Shown piece after piece: positions 38,172 through 46,868 of a stretch of DNA of 64,000 bases. The stretch lies in contig CAYXJN010000001.1 of assembly GCA_964464605.1 (NCBI GenBank), forward strand, positions 379,068-443,067, given 5' to 3'. Made by a program: the position numbers and the translations under genes. The notes below the pieces were generated by a model. It was not told the DNA's origin, made no database searches, and saw only the letters and a list, made by a program, of their open reading frames with translations. How positions within the stretch are numbered: the stretch's first letter is position 1; the number at the start of each line of letters is the position of its first letter. The stretch is from an uncultured Ignavibacteriales bacterium. Lineage in GTDB: Bacteria; Zixibacteria; MSB-5A5; GN15; FEB-12.

Positions 38172-39644
38172 GTGAGCGCGCAGCTTCCCAAAACTCTCGG
38201 CGAACTGAAAGCATCCGGCTGGAAAAGCCGGTCGGTAAAAGATGAACTTCGTGACAATCTGATTGCGGCAATTAAAAACGGCAGCTCGCCGTTTGTTGGG
38301 ATTGTCGGCTATGAAAAAACCGTTATTCCCCAGATAGAAAACGCGATTTTATCCAAGCATAATTTTATTCTGCTCGGTTTGCGCGGTCAGGCCAAAAGCA
38401 GGATCGTGCGGCTATTGGGAGCGCTTTTAGATGAACGCATGCCTATTATTCCCGGCACGCAGCTGAATGAAGACCCGCTCAACCCGGTTTCACCAAAAGG
38501 AAAGCAGATGGTGGAATCGCAGGGTGATAAGATGCCGATCGAGTGGATAACTCGTGAGCAGCGGTACCATGAAAAATTAGCCACGCCCGACGTTTCGATT
38601 GCTGATTTAATCGGCGATATCGACCCGATCAAAGCAGCGCGGGAAAAACTGGATATCTCGAATGAAGAAGTGATTCACTGGGGCATTATACCTCGGACAA
38701 ACCGGGGAATTTTTGCGATCAATGAACTTCCCGATTTACAACCGCGTATTCAGGTAGGTTTGTTGAATATCTTAGAAGAAAATGATATTCAGGTGCGCGG
38801 GTTCCCGCTTCGCGTTCCGCTCGATATGCTGCTGGTCTTTACAGCGAATCCGGAAGATTACACCAACCGCGGTAATATCATTACACCGCTTAAAGACCGT
38901 ATCGATTCGCAGATAGTAACGCACTATCCGCGCACGATTGATGAAGCGAAACAAATAACCGTCAGCGAAATCACGCCGAAACCGGTCGATATTCCGGTGC
39001 CGGATTTTATGCAGGATATTATCGAAGAGGTATCGTTTCAGGCGCGATCATCGGAATATGTCGATCAAACTTCCGGTGTTTCTGCCCGTGTGTCGATTTC
39101 CGCCTATGAAAACTTCCTTTCGAATATCGAACGGCGCGCACTGCGGAATAAAGATAATGATTTGTATCCCCGCATGTGCGATCTGTATGCGATAATCCCC
39201 TCAGTCAGCGGTAAAGTTGAGTTGGTGTATGAAGGTGAGCAGGAAGGTTCACTGTTGGTGTCGCGTAATTTGGTAGGGATGGCGGTGAAATCGATTTTCT
39301 TGAAGTATTTCCCGGCACCTTCCAAAGAAAAACCGAATCCTGATAAACCGTCACGGGAGAATCCGTACGAAGCGGTTATCGATTTCTTTTCAGTAGGCGT
39401 GAAACTGGAAATTTCTGACACCATGCCGTTTTCAGAATACCGGAAAAAACTGGATGCGGTCGTCGGGCTGAAAAAAATCGCGCAGAGATATTTCAATACC
39501 ACCAACGAACGGGAATTGCTTTTGGGCATGGAGTTCGTGCTTGAAGGATTGCACCATAACAACCTCATCGCGCGGGAAACCGATGACGGGCTCGTTCGGT
39601 ATGCCGATATTTTCTCCGACATGCTTCGCGGAATGGGAGACTGA
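38172..39644 (+). CDS. AAA+ ATPase (ChlI/magnesium-chelatase-like)
   Basis: GLRGQAKS Walker A, EKLATPD..DLIGDIDPIK, INELPDL, TANPEDYTNRG. Confidence 0.9.
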   Translation: MSAQLPKTLGELKASGWKSRSVKDELRDNLIAAIKNGSSPFVGIVGYEKTVIPQIENAILSKHNFILLGLRGQAKSRIVRLLGALLDERMPIIPGTQLNEDPLNPVSPKGKQMVESQGDKMPIEWITREQRYHEKLATPDVSIADLIGDIDPIKAAREKLDISNEEVIHWGIIPRTNRGIFAINELPDLQPRIQVGLLNILEENDIQVRGFPLRVPLDMLLVFTANPEDYTNRGNIITPLKDRIDSQIVTHYPRTIDEAKQITVSEITPKPVDIPVPDFMQDIIEEVSFQARSSEYVDQTSGVSARVSISAYENFLSNIERRALRNKDNDLYPRMCDLYAIIPSVSGKVELVYEGEQEGSLLVSRNLVGMAVKSIFLKYFPAPSKEKPNPDKPSRENPYEAVIDFFSVGVKLEISDTMPFSEYRKKLDAVVGLKKIAQRYFNTTNERELLLGMEFVLEGLHHNNLIARETDDGLVRYADIFSDMLRGMGD

Positions 39645-39646
39645 GC

Positions 39647-40738
39647 GTGAAGTTTATCTATTCCAAATGGGATGATGAACTATTCAATCAGCTCAAAGCG
39701 CTGTCTGATTTGATGTCGATTTTCAGTTATCTGCTTATGCGTTTAAGTGGGGATGTCGAGGCAACGCTGAAGCTGATGGAGCGTTTACAAAAGCAGGGGA
39801 TACTTGACGCCAAATACGACCTTCAGGAGTTTCGCCGCCAGCTTGAACAGTCCAAACTGGTGAAAAATACTCCCGACGGATTGAAGCTCGCTGTCAAAGG
39901 GGAACGTAAACTCAGGCAGGATGCCTTCGATATCGTCTTCCAAAAAATGCGCGCACAAGGGTCAGGACAACATCGACTGCCGTATGAAGGAGGAACCAGC
40001 GACGAAACTCTCCCTGAAAAACGGCCGTTTGCATTCGGTGATAATTTTCGCTCGATAGATTATCATTCTTCACTATTCAATTCTATAACCCGCACCGGCG
40101 ATTTGGGGATGGATTTGTCGGAACGAGATTTGGAAGTATATGAATCGGAACGAAGCTCCTCCTGCGCAACGGTGCTGATGATCGACATTTCTCATTCGAT
40201 GATTTTATATGGGGAAGACCGAATTACTCCGGCTAAACAGGTTGCCATGGCCTTCACCGAATTGATAATGACTAAATACCCGAAAGATGATTTGTCGATT
40301 GTCTTATTCGGCGATACCGCCAAACAGGTGCAGATTAAAGACCTGCCGTATGTGAGCGTCGGACCGTTTCATACCAACACGCAGGATGGACTGCGGATGG
40401 CGCGTCAGATTTTGCTGACCAAAAAGCACGTGAATAAACAGATATTCATGATTACGGACGGGAAACCATCGATGATCACCCGTTCCAATGGACAACTCTA
40501 CAAAAATCCGGTCGGGCTTGATCCCATGATTGTCAACCGTACCCTCGATGAAGCGGTAATTTGCCGGAAAAAGAAAATCCCGATTACCACGTTTATGGTT
40601 ACGGATGATCCGTATTTGCAGCAGTTCGTACAGCGTTTGACGGAACTGAATAAAGGACGCGCCTATTTTTCCTCGGTTGAAAATTTAGGTGGATTTGTTA
40701 TTTGGGATTTTGTGTCGAACCGGAAGAAACGGGGATAG
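39647..40738 (+). CDS. VWA-domain protein
   Basis: DISHS MIDAS, HTNTQDG, MITDGKPS; directly follows the ATPase. Confidence 0.9.
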   Translation: MKFIYSKWDDELFNQLKALSDLMSIFSYLLMRLSGDVEATLKLMERLQKQGILDAKYDLQEFRRQLEQSKLVKNTPDGLKLAVKGERKLRQDAFDIVFQKMRAQGSGQHRLPYEGGTSDETLPEKRPFAFGDNFRSIDYHSSLFNSITRTGDLGMDLSERDLEVYESERSSSCATVLMIDISHSMILYGEDRITPAKQVAMAFTELIMTKYPKDDLSIVLFGDTAKQVQIKDLPYVSVGPFHTNTQDGLRMARQILLTKKHVNKQIFMITDGKPSMITRSNGQLYKNPVGLDPMIVNRTLDEAVICRKKKIPITTFMVTDDPYLQQFVQRLTELNKGRAYFSSVENLGGFVIWDFVSNRKKRG

Positions 40739-40741
40739 GAC

Positions 40742-41308
40742 GTGAAAATGAATCAACAACTACTAGTAATTGTACTAGCATTTTGCGTTAGCATCTTCTT
40801 CACGTTAATAGGTTGCGACAGAACTAATTTTCTTAGGGTGAAGTCAATAGGTTTTGAGCAATCTCAAACAGACAGTTTAGTTTGGGTAGGAGTAATAGAC
40901 TCCAACCTAGAAATGTCTTTGAGCTCCTATGCTATTACTGGCGGCAAAACCATCTCAGAATCGGCACCGCTTCATTTTCGCGTTACTATCCGCAATTTGT
41001 CAGATGATACTATCCGATATGATTACTCTGACGCTTTTGTGATGCACGGAAGCGGTGTGAAGAAGGAACTCTACATAGTTGAATACTCAGGCAAATTCGA
41101 AGCAGGGGGTAGGCATGTGAGATATTCTGATTTCTTTGCTGATCGACAGTTTGTAGTGGCACCCTCGGATACAATTTCGATGCATTTTCAGTCTGAGCGA
41201 ACAGAGGAGCGAGCCAGAATCCAAGAAGTCGAACTTCATTTAGGTGCATATTCAATCGGTACTGACGTTACCTCATCCAAAATATCGGCAATAAAACTGT
41301 CACAGTAG
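40742..41308 (+). CDS. hypothetical lipoprotein, AT-rich
   Basis: Lipobox LIGC; begins 3 nt after the VWA stop. Confidence 0.65.
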   Translation: MKMNQQLLVIVLAFCVSIFFTLIGCDRTNFLRVKSIGFEQSQTDSLVWVGVIDSNLEMSLSSYAITGGKTISESAPLHFRVTIRNLSDDTIRYDYSDAFVMHGSGVKKELYIVEYSGKFEAGGRHVRYSDFFADRQFVVAPSDTISMHFQSERTEERARIQEVELHLGAYSIGTDVTSSKISAIKLSQ

Positions 41309-41327
41309 GGTTCTGATTTATCGGTGA

Positions 41328-41345
41328 CACACCCTTTAGGGTGTG
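41328..41345. repeat. REP-like palindrome
   Basis: CACACCCT-TT-AGGGTGTG, identical to 6346-6363 and 23556-23573; between convergent genes. Confidence 0.75.
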
Positions 41346-41352
41346 AACAGAA

Positions 41353-41763
41353 TTACTCCGAATACCGCAGCCAATCTTCGATTCGTGCGCCGATCTGGTC
41401 ACGAACTTTACGAAATACACTAAGAACTTCATCAGTAGAACCGACAGCGTGGGCGGGATCTTCGAAAGGCCAATGAAGACGTTTGGCATCACCCGGAAAC
41501 ACCGGGCATTGTTCTGCGGCATTATCGCAAACGGTAATCACGTAATCGAATTTTTCAGCCAGATACTTTTCAAGTGAATTGGATGTCTGTTTGGAAATAT
41601 CGATCCCGATTTCCTGCATTACCTGTACCGCCAGAGGATGCACCCCTTTTGGCGTCAAGCCAGCAGACCGGACTTCGTCGGTCGAATCGAGAAAATGACG
41701 GAAGAAGCCTTCGGCCATCTGGCTGCGGCAGGAGTTTCCGGTACAAAGGACTAAAATTCTCAT
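41353..41763 (-). CDS. arsC: arsenate reductase, LMW-PTP fold (thioredoxin type)
   Basis: CTGNSCRSQMAEG, VITVCD...CP, HWPFEDPA. Confidence 0.9.
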   Translation of the reverse strand: MRILVLCTGNSCRSQMAEGFFRHFLDSTDEVRSAGLTPKGVHPLAVQVMQEIGIDISKQTSNSLEKYLAEKFDYVITVCDNAAEQCPVFPGDAKRLHWPFEDPAHAVGSTDEVLSVFRKVRDQIGARIEDWLRYSE

Positions 41764-42022
41764 GGGCAATCCTACTACCTGGTAATTAACCTGTCAATTC
41801 CCAAAGGGTTAGGGGATTGTTAGGAGGTAGGCGGCCGGTCAGAAAATATCCGCGAATTTTTTGGAACACAACGGCCGATATAGGTTTATAAAAAGGGACT
41901 GATAGGATTTTCGGGAGTTTTCCCGCCTCACAAAAACGATTCTTTTGTAGCGTACTTTTCGAAAATAGAGTAAATTAAAGAATAAGATAGATACTGACCA
42001 CGTCATCCGTGAAGGAGTAACC

Positions 42023-42736
42023 ATGAAGAAGATTTTAGGCACCTCAATTGCGATGCTCGCCCTGTGCGGCTTCGTAATGGTCGGTTCCAGCTCTGCCTGC
42101 GGCGATGAAGCCAAAACAGAGAAGACCTCGACCGCTTCGGCTTGTGCATCTAAGACCACCACAGCCACCACCGCCAGCGCAACGACAACGTCGTCCTGCT
42201 GCGCCAGCAAAGGCACCACTGCTACAACTGCTTCAGCCAAGACTGTCAGCGCTAAGGGAGCTACCTGCTCTGCTGATAACAAAGCTGCCTGTGGCGCCAG
42301 CACAACTACTGCTCAGTTGGCCAACGGCACTATGCAGGATTGCGCCAAGAGCTGTGACTACGCCGGCAAATGCCAATTCCGTACAATTTCAATCAAGGGT
42401 ATGACCTGCGGCGGCTGCGAACAGTCAGTTACGACTGCGTTGACCAGCACCCCGGGCGTGCTCAAAGTTGTTTCCGTCAACTACAAGACCGGTACTGCCG
42501 TTGTCTGTGTTGACCCGACCAAAGTTGAAGACAAAGTGATAACCACTGCTGTCGCCAACAAAGGTTTCGAAGCACAGGTTATTCCGGCCGTTGCTACCAC
42601 AACGACCACCAATACCGAAGCGAAGGCTTGCGGTTCAGCCACCACGACCGACGCGAAAGCCGCCGGTTGCTGCAAAGGTAAGACCGAAGAAACCAAGACC
42701 ACTACCGCTTCCAAGGACACCAAGAGCCCGCTCTAA
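42023..42736 (+). CDS. secreted heavy-metal-associated (HMA) domain protein with Cys/Thr-rich low-complexity arms
   Basis: AAGGAG RBS, signal peptide, IKGMTCGGC, 16 Cys in total. Confidence 0.85.
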   Translation: MKKILGTSIAMLALCGFVMVGSSSACGDEAKTEKTSTASACASKTTTATTASATTTSSCCASKGTTATTASAKTVSAKGATCSADNKAACGASTTTAQLANGTMQDCAKSCDYAGKCQFRTISIKGMTCGGCEQSVTTALTSTPGVLKVVSVNYKTGTAVVCVDPTKVEDKVITTAVANKGFEAQVIPAVATTTTTNTEAKACGSATTTDAKAAGCCKGKTEETKTTTASKDTKSPL

Positions 42737-42757
42737 GCCGGTAACTCAGATTTTTTC

Positions 42758-42791
42758 AGGCGGAACTTGTGCAAACAGTTCCGCCTTTTTT
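42758..42791 (+). terminator. intrinsic terminator
   Basis: AGGCGGAACT/AGTTCCGCCT then T-run. Confidence 0.85.
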
Positions 42792-42833
42792 ATATCGTAG
42801 AACTTCTGGCGTTTCTTATATATCATGCCACAC

Positions 42834-43811
42834 ATGACCAGACAGATGACACAGCGATTAGCCCTTTTTTTCGCTCTTTCCTTCTTAATCATTTCTTCCG
42901 TGAACGCCGCTAAATATGCCGGTGATGCTTTCACGCTCGGTGTTGGCGCACGCGGTATGGGGATGGGGAATGCTATTATCGCCGGGCCGTTCGATGCTTC
43001 CGCGCCATACTGGAATCCTGCCGGAATGAATACCCTTTCGGGGAAGTACCTCATGGCAATGCACGCCGAAACGTTCGGATCGCTATTGAATCATGATTTT
43101 GTCGGCTTTACCCATGCCCGCCCGGAAAAGCAAAACGGCTTTGCCCGGTCATACGGGTTTTACCTGTACTATCTCGGCGGCGGCGGAATCAAACTGACAG
43201 CGCAGAATGATCTGGAACGTCCGGTCGTTATCAAAGAGGTCTCCCACGCTGACATTTTGTTGGCGGCTGCGCTATCCGGAAAAATCAAAGAGAAAGTAGA
43301 TGTCGGTGTTACGGCGAAAATTATCTACCGGGATATCGGCACAGAATCCGGTGTCGGGTTAACGCTCGATATTGGTGCGCTGTATCCACTGCGGGAATGG
43401 GCGACGGTCGGATTGATGATTACCGATGCCACCACCGGTTTTATTCGCTACTCGGGAGAAACATTCGATACGAAAGCGAACACCGAATCAATTTATCCGG
43501 CTGTCAAACCGGGATTGACGCTTGAACATACCTATCAGGATTTCACCGGACGGTTTGCTACGGCAGCAGAAATTCGATTTGAAAATCTCAAAGATGCCGC
43601 TCAGTATTGGTCGGGTGCAATTTCGCTCGATTCTCATTTCGGGTGGGAAATAGGTTGGCGGGAAATGTTATTCGGGCGGGCGGGATTTGATATCGGTCGA
43701 TTTACAGCAGGGGGTGGCGTGAATGTCCGCCGGTTTACGATTGATTTCGCATATTTACATCATAGCCAGCTCGACGAAACCTTCCGCGTCAGCGCCGGCT
43801 ACCAATTCTAA
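42834..43811 (+). CDS. PorV/PorQ-like (FadL superfamily) outer-membrane beta-barrel
   Basis: KYAGDAFTLGVGARGMGMGNA..YWNPAG; IDFAY..TFRVSAGYQF. Confidence 0.7.
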   Translation: MTRQMTQRLALFFALSFLIISSVNAAKYAGDAFTLGVGARGMGMGNAIIAGPFDASAPYWNPAGMNTLSGKYLMAMHAETFGSLLNHDFVGFTHARPEKQNGFARSYGFYLYYLGGGGIKLTAQNDLERPVVIKEVSHADILLAAALSGKIKEKVDVGVTAKIIYRDIGTESGVGLTLDIGALYPLREWATVGLMITDATTGFIRYSGETFDTKANTESIYPAVKPGLTLEHTYQDFTGRFATAAEIRFENLKDAAQYWSGAISLDSHFGWEIGWREMLFGRAGFDIGRFTAGGGVNVRRFTIDFAYLHHSQLDETFRVSAGYQF

Positions 43812-43833
43812 GGTGACGGTGGCGACGCCGCCG

Positions 43834-44307
43834 TTATTTTTTGAGAGATGAATTAGGTGGTGTATATACAATCCCGAACTCTAAATAGAATTTTAATAGT
43901 GTAACAGCCTCTCCCCATCCTGAAGCACATTCCAAAATCATCGCGCGGCCATCGGGAGTATCAGGATAACCGGATTCGGTAACCATCACGACCGTTCCAT
44001 TATACTTTGCTTCTAATGAGAATTCGATAGTCGTCGGATTTTCTTTGCCTACCGGATACCACTGAAACACAAATCGGTTTGGCCGCTCGCAAACCAGAAT
44101 AGTGCACTCGGCATTGGTGGTATAGAGATTCGGTCCCCAGTCTTTCCAACGGAAAACCATCTTGCCGCCCGGTTTCGGATCTAGCTCTGTGCTGTGGGTA
44201 AAAAACCGGTTCCAGTCATCCGCGGAGGTAACTGTGTCGTACACTTTTTCCGGTGTTGCGGCAATGAATGTTTTTTGACAGATGTTGTGACCGAACGGTT
44301 GTGACAC
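43834..44307 (-). CDS. SRPBCC/Aha1-like domain protein
   Basis: IAATPEKVY..LDPKPGGK..PNRFVFQW..GTVVMVTESG..GW. Confidence 0.85.
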   Translation of the reverse strand: MSQPFGHNICQKTFIAATPEKVYDTVTSADDWNRFFTHSTELDPKPGGKMVFRWKDWGPNLYTTNAECTILVCERPNRFVFQWYPVGKENPTTIEFSLEAKYNGTVVMVTESGYPDTPDGRAMILECASGWGEAVTLLKFYLEFGIVYTPPNSSLKK

Positions 44308-44317
44308 AAAGACTCTC

Positions 44318-45301
44318 TTAATTACCCTGTATTTTCTGTAGCTTAACTGATTCAATTATATTCATTATAGGTAATGGATTATCCTCGCTTGGGATGAAAC
44401 CGCTTCCACCATGAGAAGCAATGCATTGTGTTAAAGCATTTAGTACCGCTCTTCTTGTTTCTTCATCTGCAGACTTTGCAATAAATTCGAATGTCTCTAA
44501 TACCAATTGACGATGGGTGTTTATTACTTGTAGATGTTTATATGCACGATAGTTTCTTGCAGACCAAAGAGTTGCTGTAAGTAGAATGGTTATTACAATT
44601 ATCCTAGTTGTCAAGTTTTGTAGTATTTGGGCATTTGTAGCATCAGAAGAAATCGGAAAATTCGAATACAGAAGGATTGCAGCCACTATACAGCACGCGG
44701 CACATACTGCAGTTAAGGCTACCCAAATATAGCTATGGTCTCTGTATTGCTTGGCGAGTGAATTAAAATTGCGGTCATGTGGTTCGACGCCAGCATTTAA
44801 ATATCCTTGCCTCGTTCGGTTAAGGATTTCTTTTGCCTCACTAATGATTGAATCAACTTCTTTTCTCTTTTGTCGAAGATTTTCTACGCTATCCTCAATT
44901 CCTAAGTCAGCAAGAGTTTCTTTCATTCTTTCTACATTTAGATAAGTTACGAAGCTGGAAATACTAGGGTAGACTTTGCTAATTGTACGAAAGGCTTCTG
45001 CTTGTTTACTATCTCTAGCCCCTTGGGGATTAGTTACGTTAACAATGGAAAAAGCTTGCAGACCATCTAACATGGAATTTAGTTCACTCAGCCGGTCATT
45101 CAGTTCATATAGATGCTGAATCGGAAGTTTTTCAACGGAAAGTCTCGAAAGTTCAAGGCATAAGTTGTAAATGTCTTCGAGTTGTGTTCTTACTAGTTTA
45201 AAATCAATCCCATTGAGTTCTGGGCGTTCACTAACCCACTCGATGTTTCTTTTGACTACTTTGTCGATTTCTGATTTAGCTTGCGGCAATTCGTTGCCCA
45301 T
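44318..45301 (-). CDS. hypothetical coiled-coil protein with two C-terminal TMs, AT-rich
   Basis: Long ORF, GAGG RBS, AT-rich codon usage. Confidence 0.7.
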   Translation of the reverse strand: MGNELPQAKSEIDKVVKRNIEWVSERPELNGIDFKLVRTQLEDIYNLCLELSRLSVEKLPIQHLYELNDRLSELNSMLDGLQAFSIVNVTNPQGARDSKQAEAFRTISKVYPSISSFVTYLNVERMKETLADLGIEDSVENLRQKRKEVDSIISEAKEILNRTRQGYLNAGVEPHDRNFNSLAKQYRDHSYIWVALTAVCAACCIVAAILLYSNFPISSDATNAQILQNLTTRIIVITILLTATLWSARNYRAYKHLQVINTHRQLVLETFEFIAKSADEETRRAVLNALTQCIASHGGSGFIPSEDNPLPIMNIIESVKLQKIQGN

Positions 45302-45408
45302 AGTTTCCCTCAACGTTTACAAGTCCATAACTTGGCTCACAGTTTTATCTCAGGTTGCCCTTATTAAAATGCTGGTGCATATAATAGTAAGATAGGCATA
45401 TTTTGCTA

Positions 45409-46227
45409 ATGAAATATTCAAGAAACCTGTATAGTTCACACGAAGCTGGACGATTCTGGTCGCGGAGATTGCAATCGACTGATCCGCTTGCCGCTGTCTT
45501 AACCTATTCCGCCCCGAAAGCGCTCAATGAACTGTACGATCGCTGGGAACGAAACTCACTCGTTAAGGCGATAGAGAAAATCAAAAAAGGGACATCGTCC
45601 CGGTGCTTGGATATCGGGTGTGGTATCGGAAGAATAACGCTGACATTGGCGGCGAGGGGCGCAGAGGTAACCGGTGTCGATGTCAGTGAAAAGATGCTTC
45701 TGCATTGTGCCAAAGAAGCAAAACGCCGAAAGCTGGATTCTCGCGTAACGCTCGTTCAAAGCTCCGCGGAGCGGATTCCGTTTTCTAATGGTTCATTTGA
45801 TATCATCACCTGCTTTGGACTTTTGGAACATCTTCCGGTAACACCGAGAAAACGATGCGTCAGTGAGGCACTCCGGCTGCTTAAAAGGCGCGGTACTTTG
45901 TATATGGTGGTCAACAATTCCGAGAACCTTCTTTTACAGCGGCGTTATGAACTCAAGACACAAAGAAAGGATGGCTACTTTGCCGCTCTTGTCGGGCTGG
46001 ATTGGCTGAGGGCGGAATGCAGGAAGTCAGGTGCCAAACTCACCGTCATATCGGCTAACCCACATTACGCACTGCTGCATTACGGTATTCTCGCTACCGG
46101 CTCGCTCCCGCAAAAAGAGCTTAATCGGCTCTGTCGGCTGGTCGAAAAGTCGGATGCTAGTGGCGGCCAATCCCAGGAATTCTTGCTCCCGTTTGCCAGC
46201 CACCTGCTGGTTCGAATACAGAAATAG
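45409..46227 (+). CDS. class I SAM-dependent methyltransferase
   Basis: LDIGCGIG, GVDVSEKML, IPFSNGSFDII, LEHL, RLLKRRG. Confidence 0.85.
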   Translation: MKYSRNLYSSHEAGRFWSRRLQSTDPLAAVLTYSAPKALNELYDRWERNSLVKAIEKIKKGTSSRCLDIGCGIGRITLTLAARGAEVTGVDVSEKMLLHCAKEAKRRKLDSRVTLVQSSAERIPFSNGSFDIITCFGLLEHLPVTPRKRCVSEALRLLKRRGTLYMVVNNSENLLLQRRYELKTQRKDGYFAALVGLDWLRAECRKSGAKLTVISANPHYALLHYGILATGSLPQKELNRLCRLVEKSDASGGQSQEFLLPFASHLLVRIQK

Positions 46228-46539
46228 CAGACGAAACTCATGGTCAGTATACCCTGCAAAGCCCCGTCAACCGTCATGTATGCAAGGGCTTGCCTGCTTT
46301 TGGCTGCAAGATTTTATAGAGGCTCACGTTTAAGGAAGGGTAAAAGGTCTGTTTAAAGTTCGTAAGGGGCTGTAAGACACTGAGTACCCGTCCCGCTATC
46401 TTTTCTTTTTCTTCTATGAAAAAAAGTTGAAAAGTAGCACACCGTTTGCGTAGGAAAGATGCGCGCGTTGGGTGCGTCAATAAACAGGCGGAGGTGGCTC
46501 TGCCAATGATAATTTTAGCAGGAAAATGCTGTTTTCGAG

Positions 46540-46568
46540 TTGACACAAAATGCCCTTAGCCATATATT
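46540..46568 (+). promoter_or_regulatory. near-consensus sigma70 promoter of the cohesin-dockerin cluster
   Basis: TTGACA-17nt-TATATT. Confidence 0.75.
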
Positions 46569-46868
46569 CATGCTCGGATGATAGTTGTAACGGCCTCATT
46601 GATCCATATGACAATGGGCTATCACTTTTCGAGCATACTACCAAACTAAGTACTGCGTCTTCGGCGCTGAGTGGGATCTGCCGGGGATATTTCAAAACAG
46701 GTTTATTTACGTATCGAAAAACTCTGGTAACGAAAAATTAGTATTGTCGGCTCCGTGAATACGCAGGGCCATCACCTATTTTCGAGACTGGAGTTATATC
46801 GATCGTTTGGCTAAGGGACAATTAAGTCTTGAATGTTGAACCTGATGCTCAGAAGTGAGGAGGACGGT

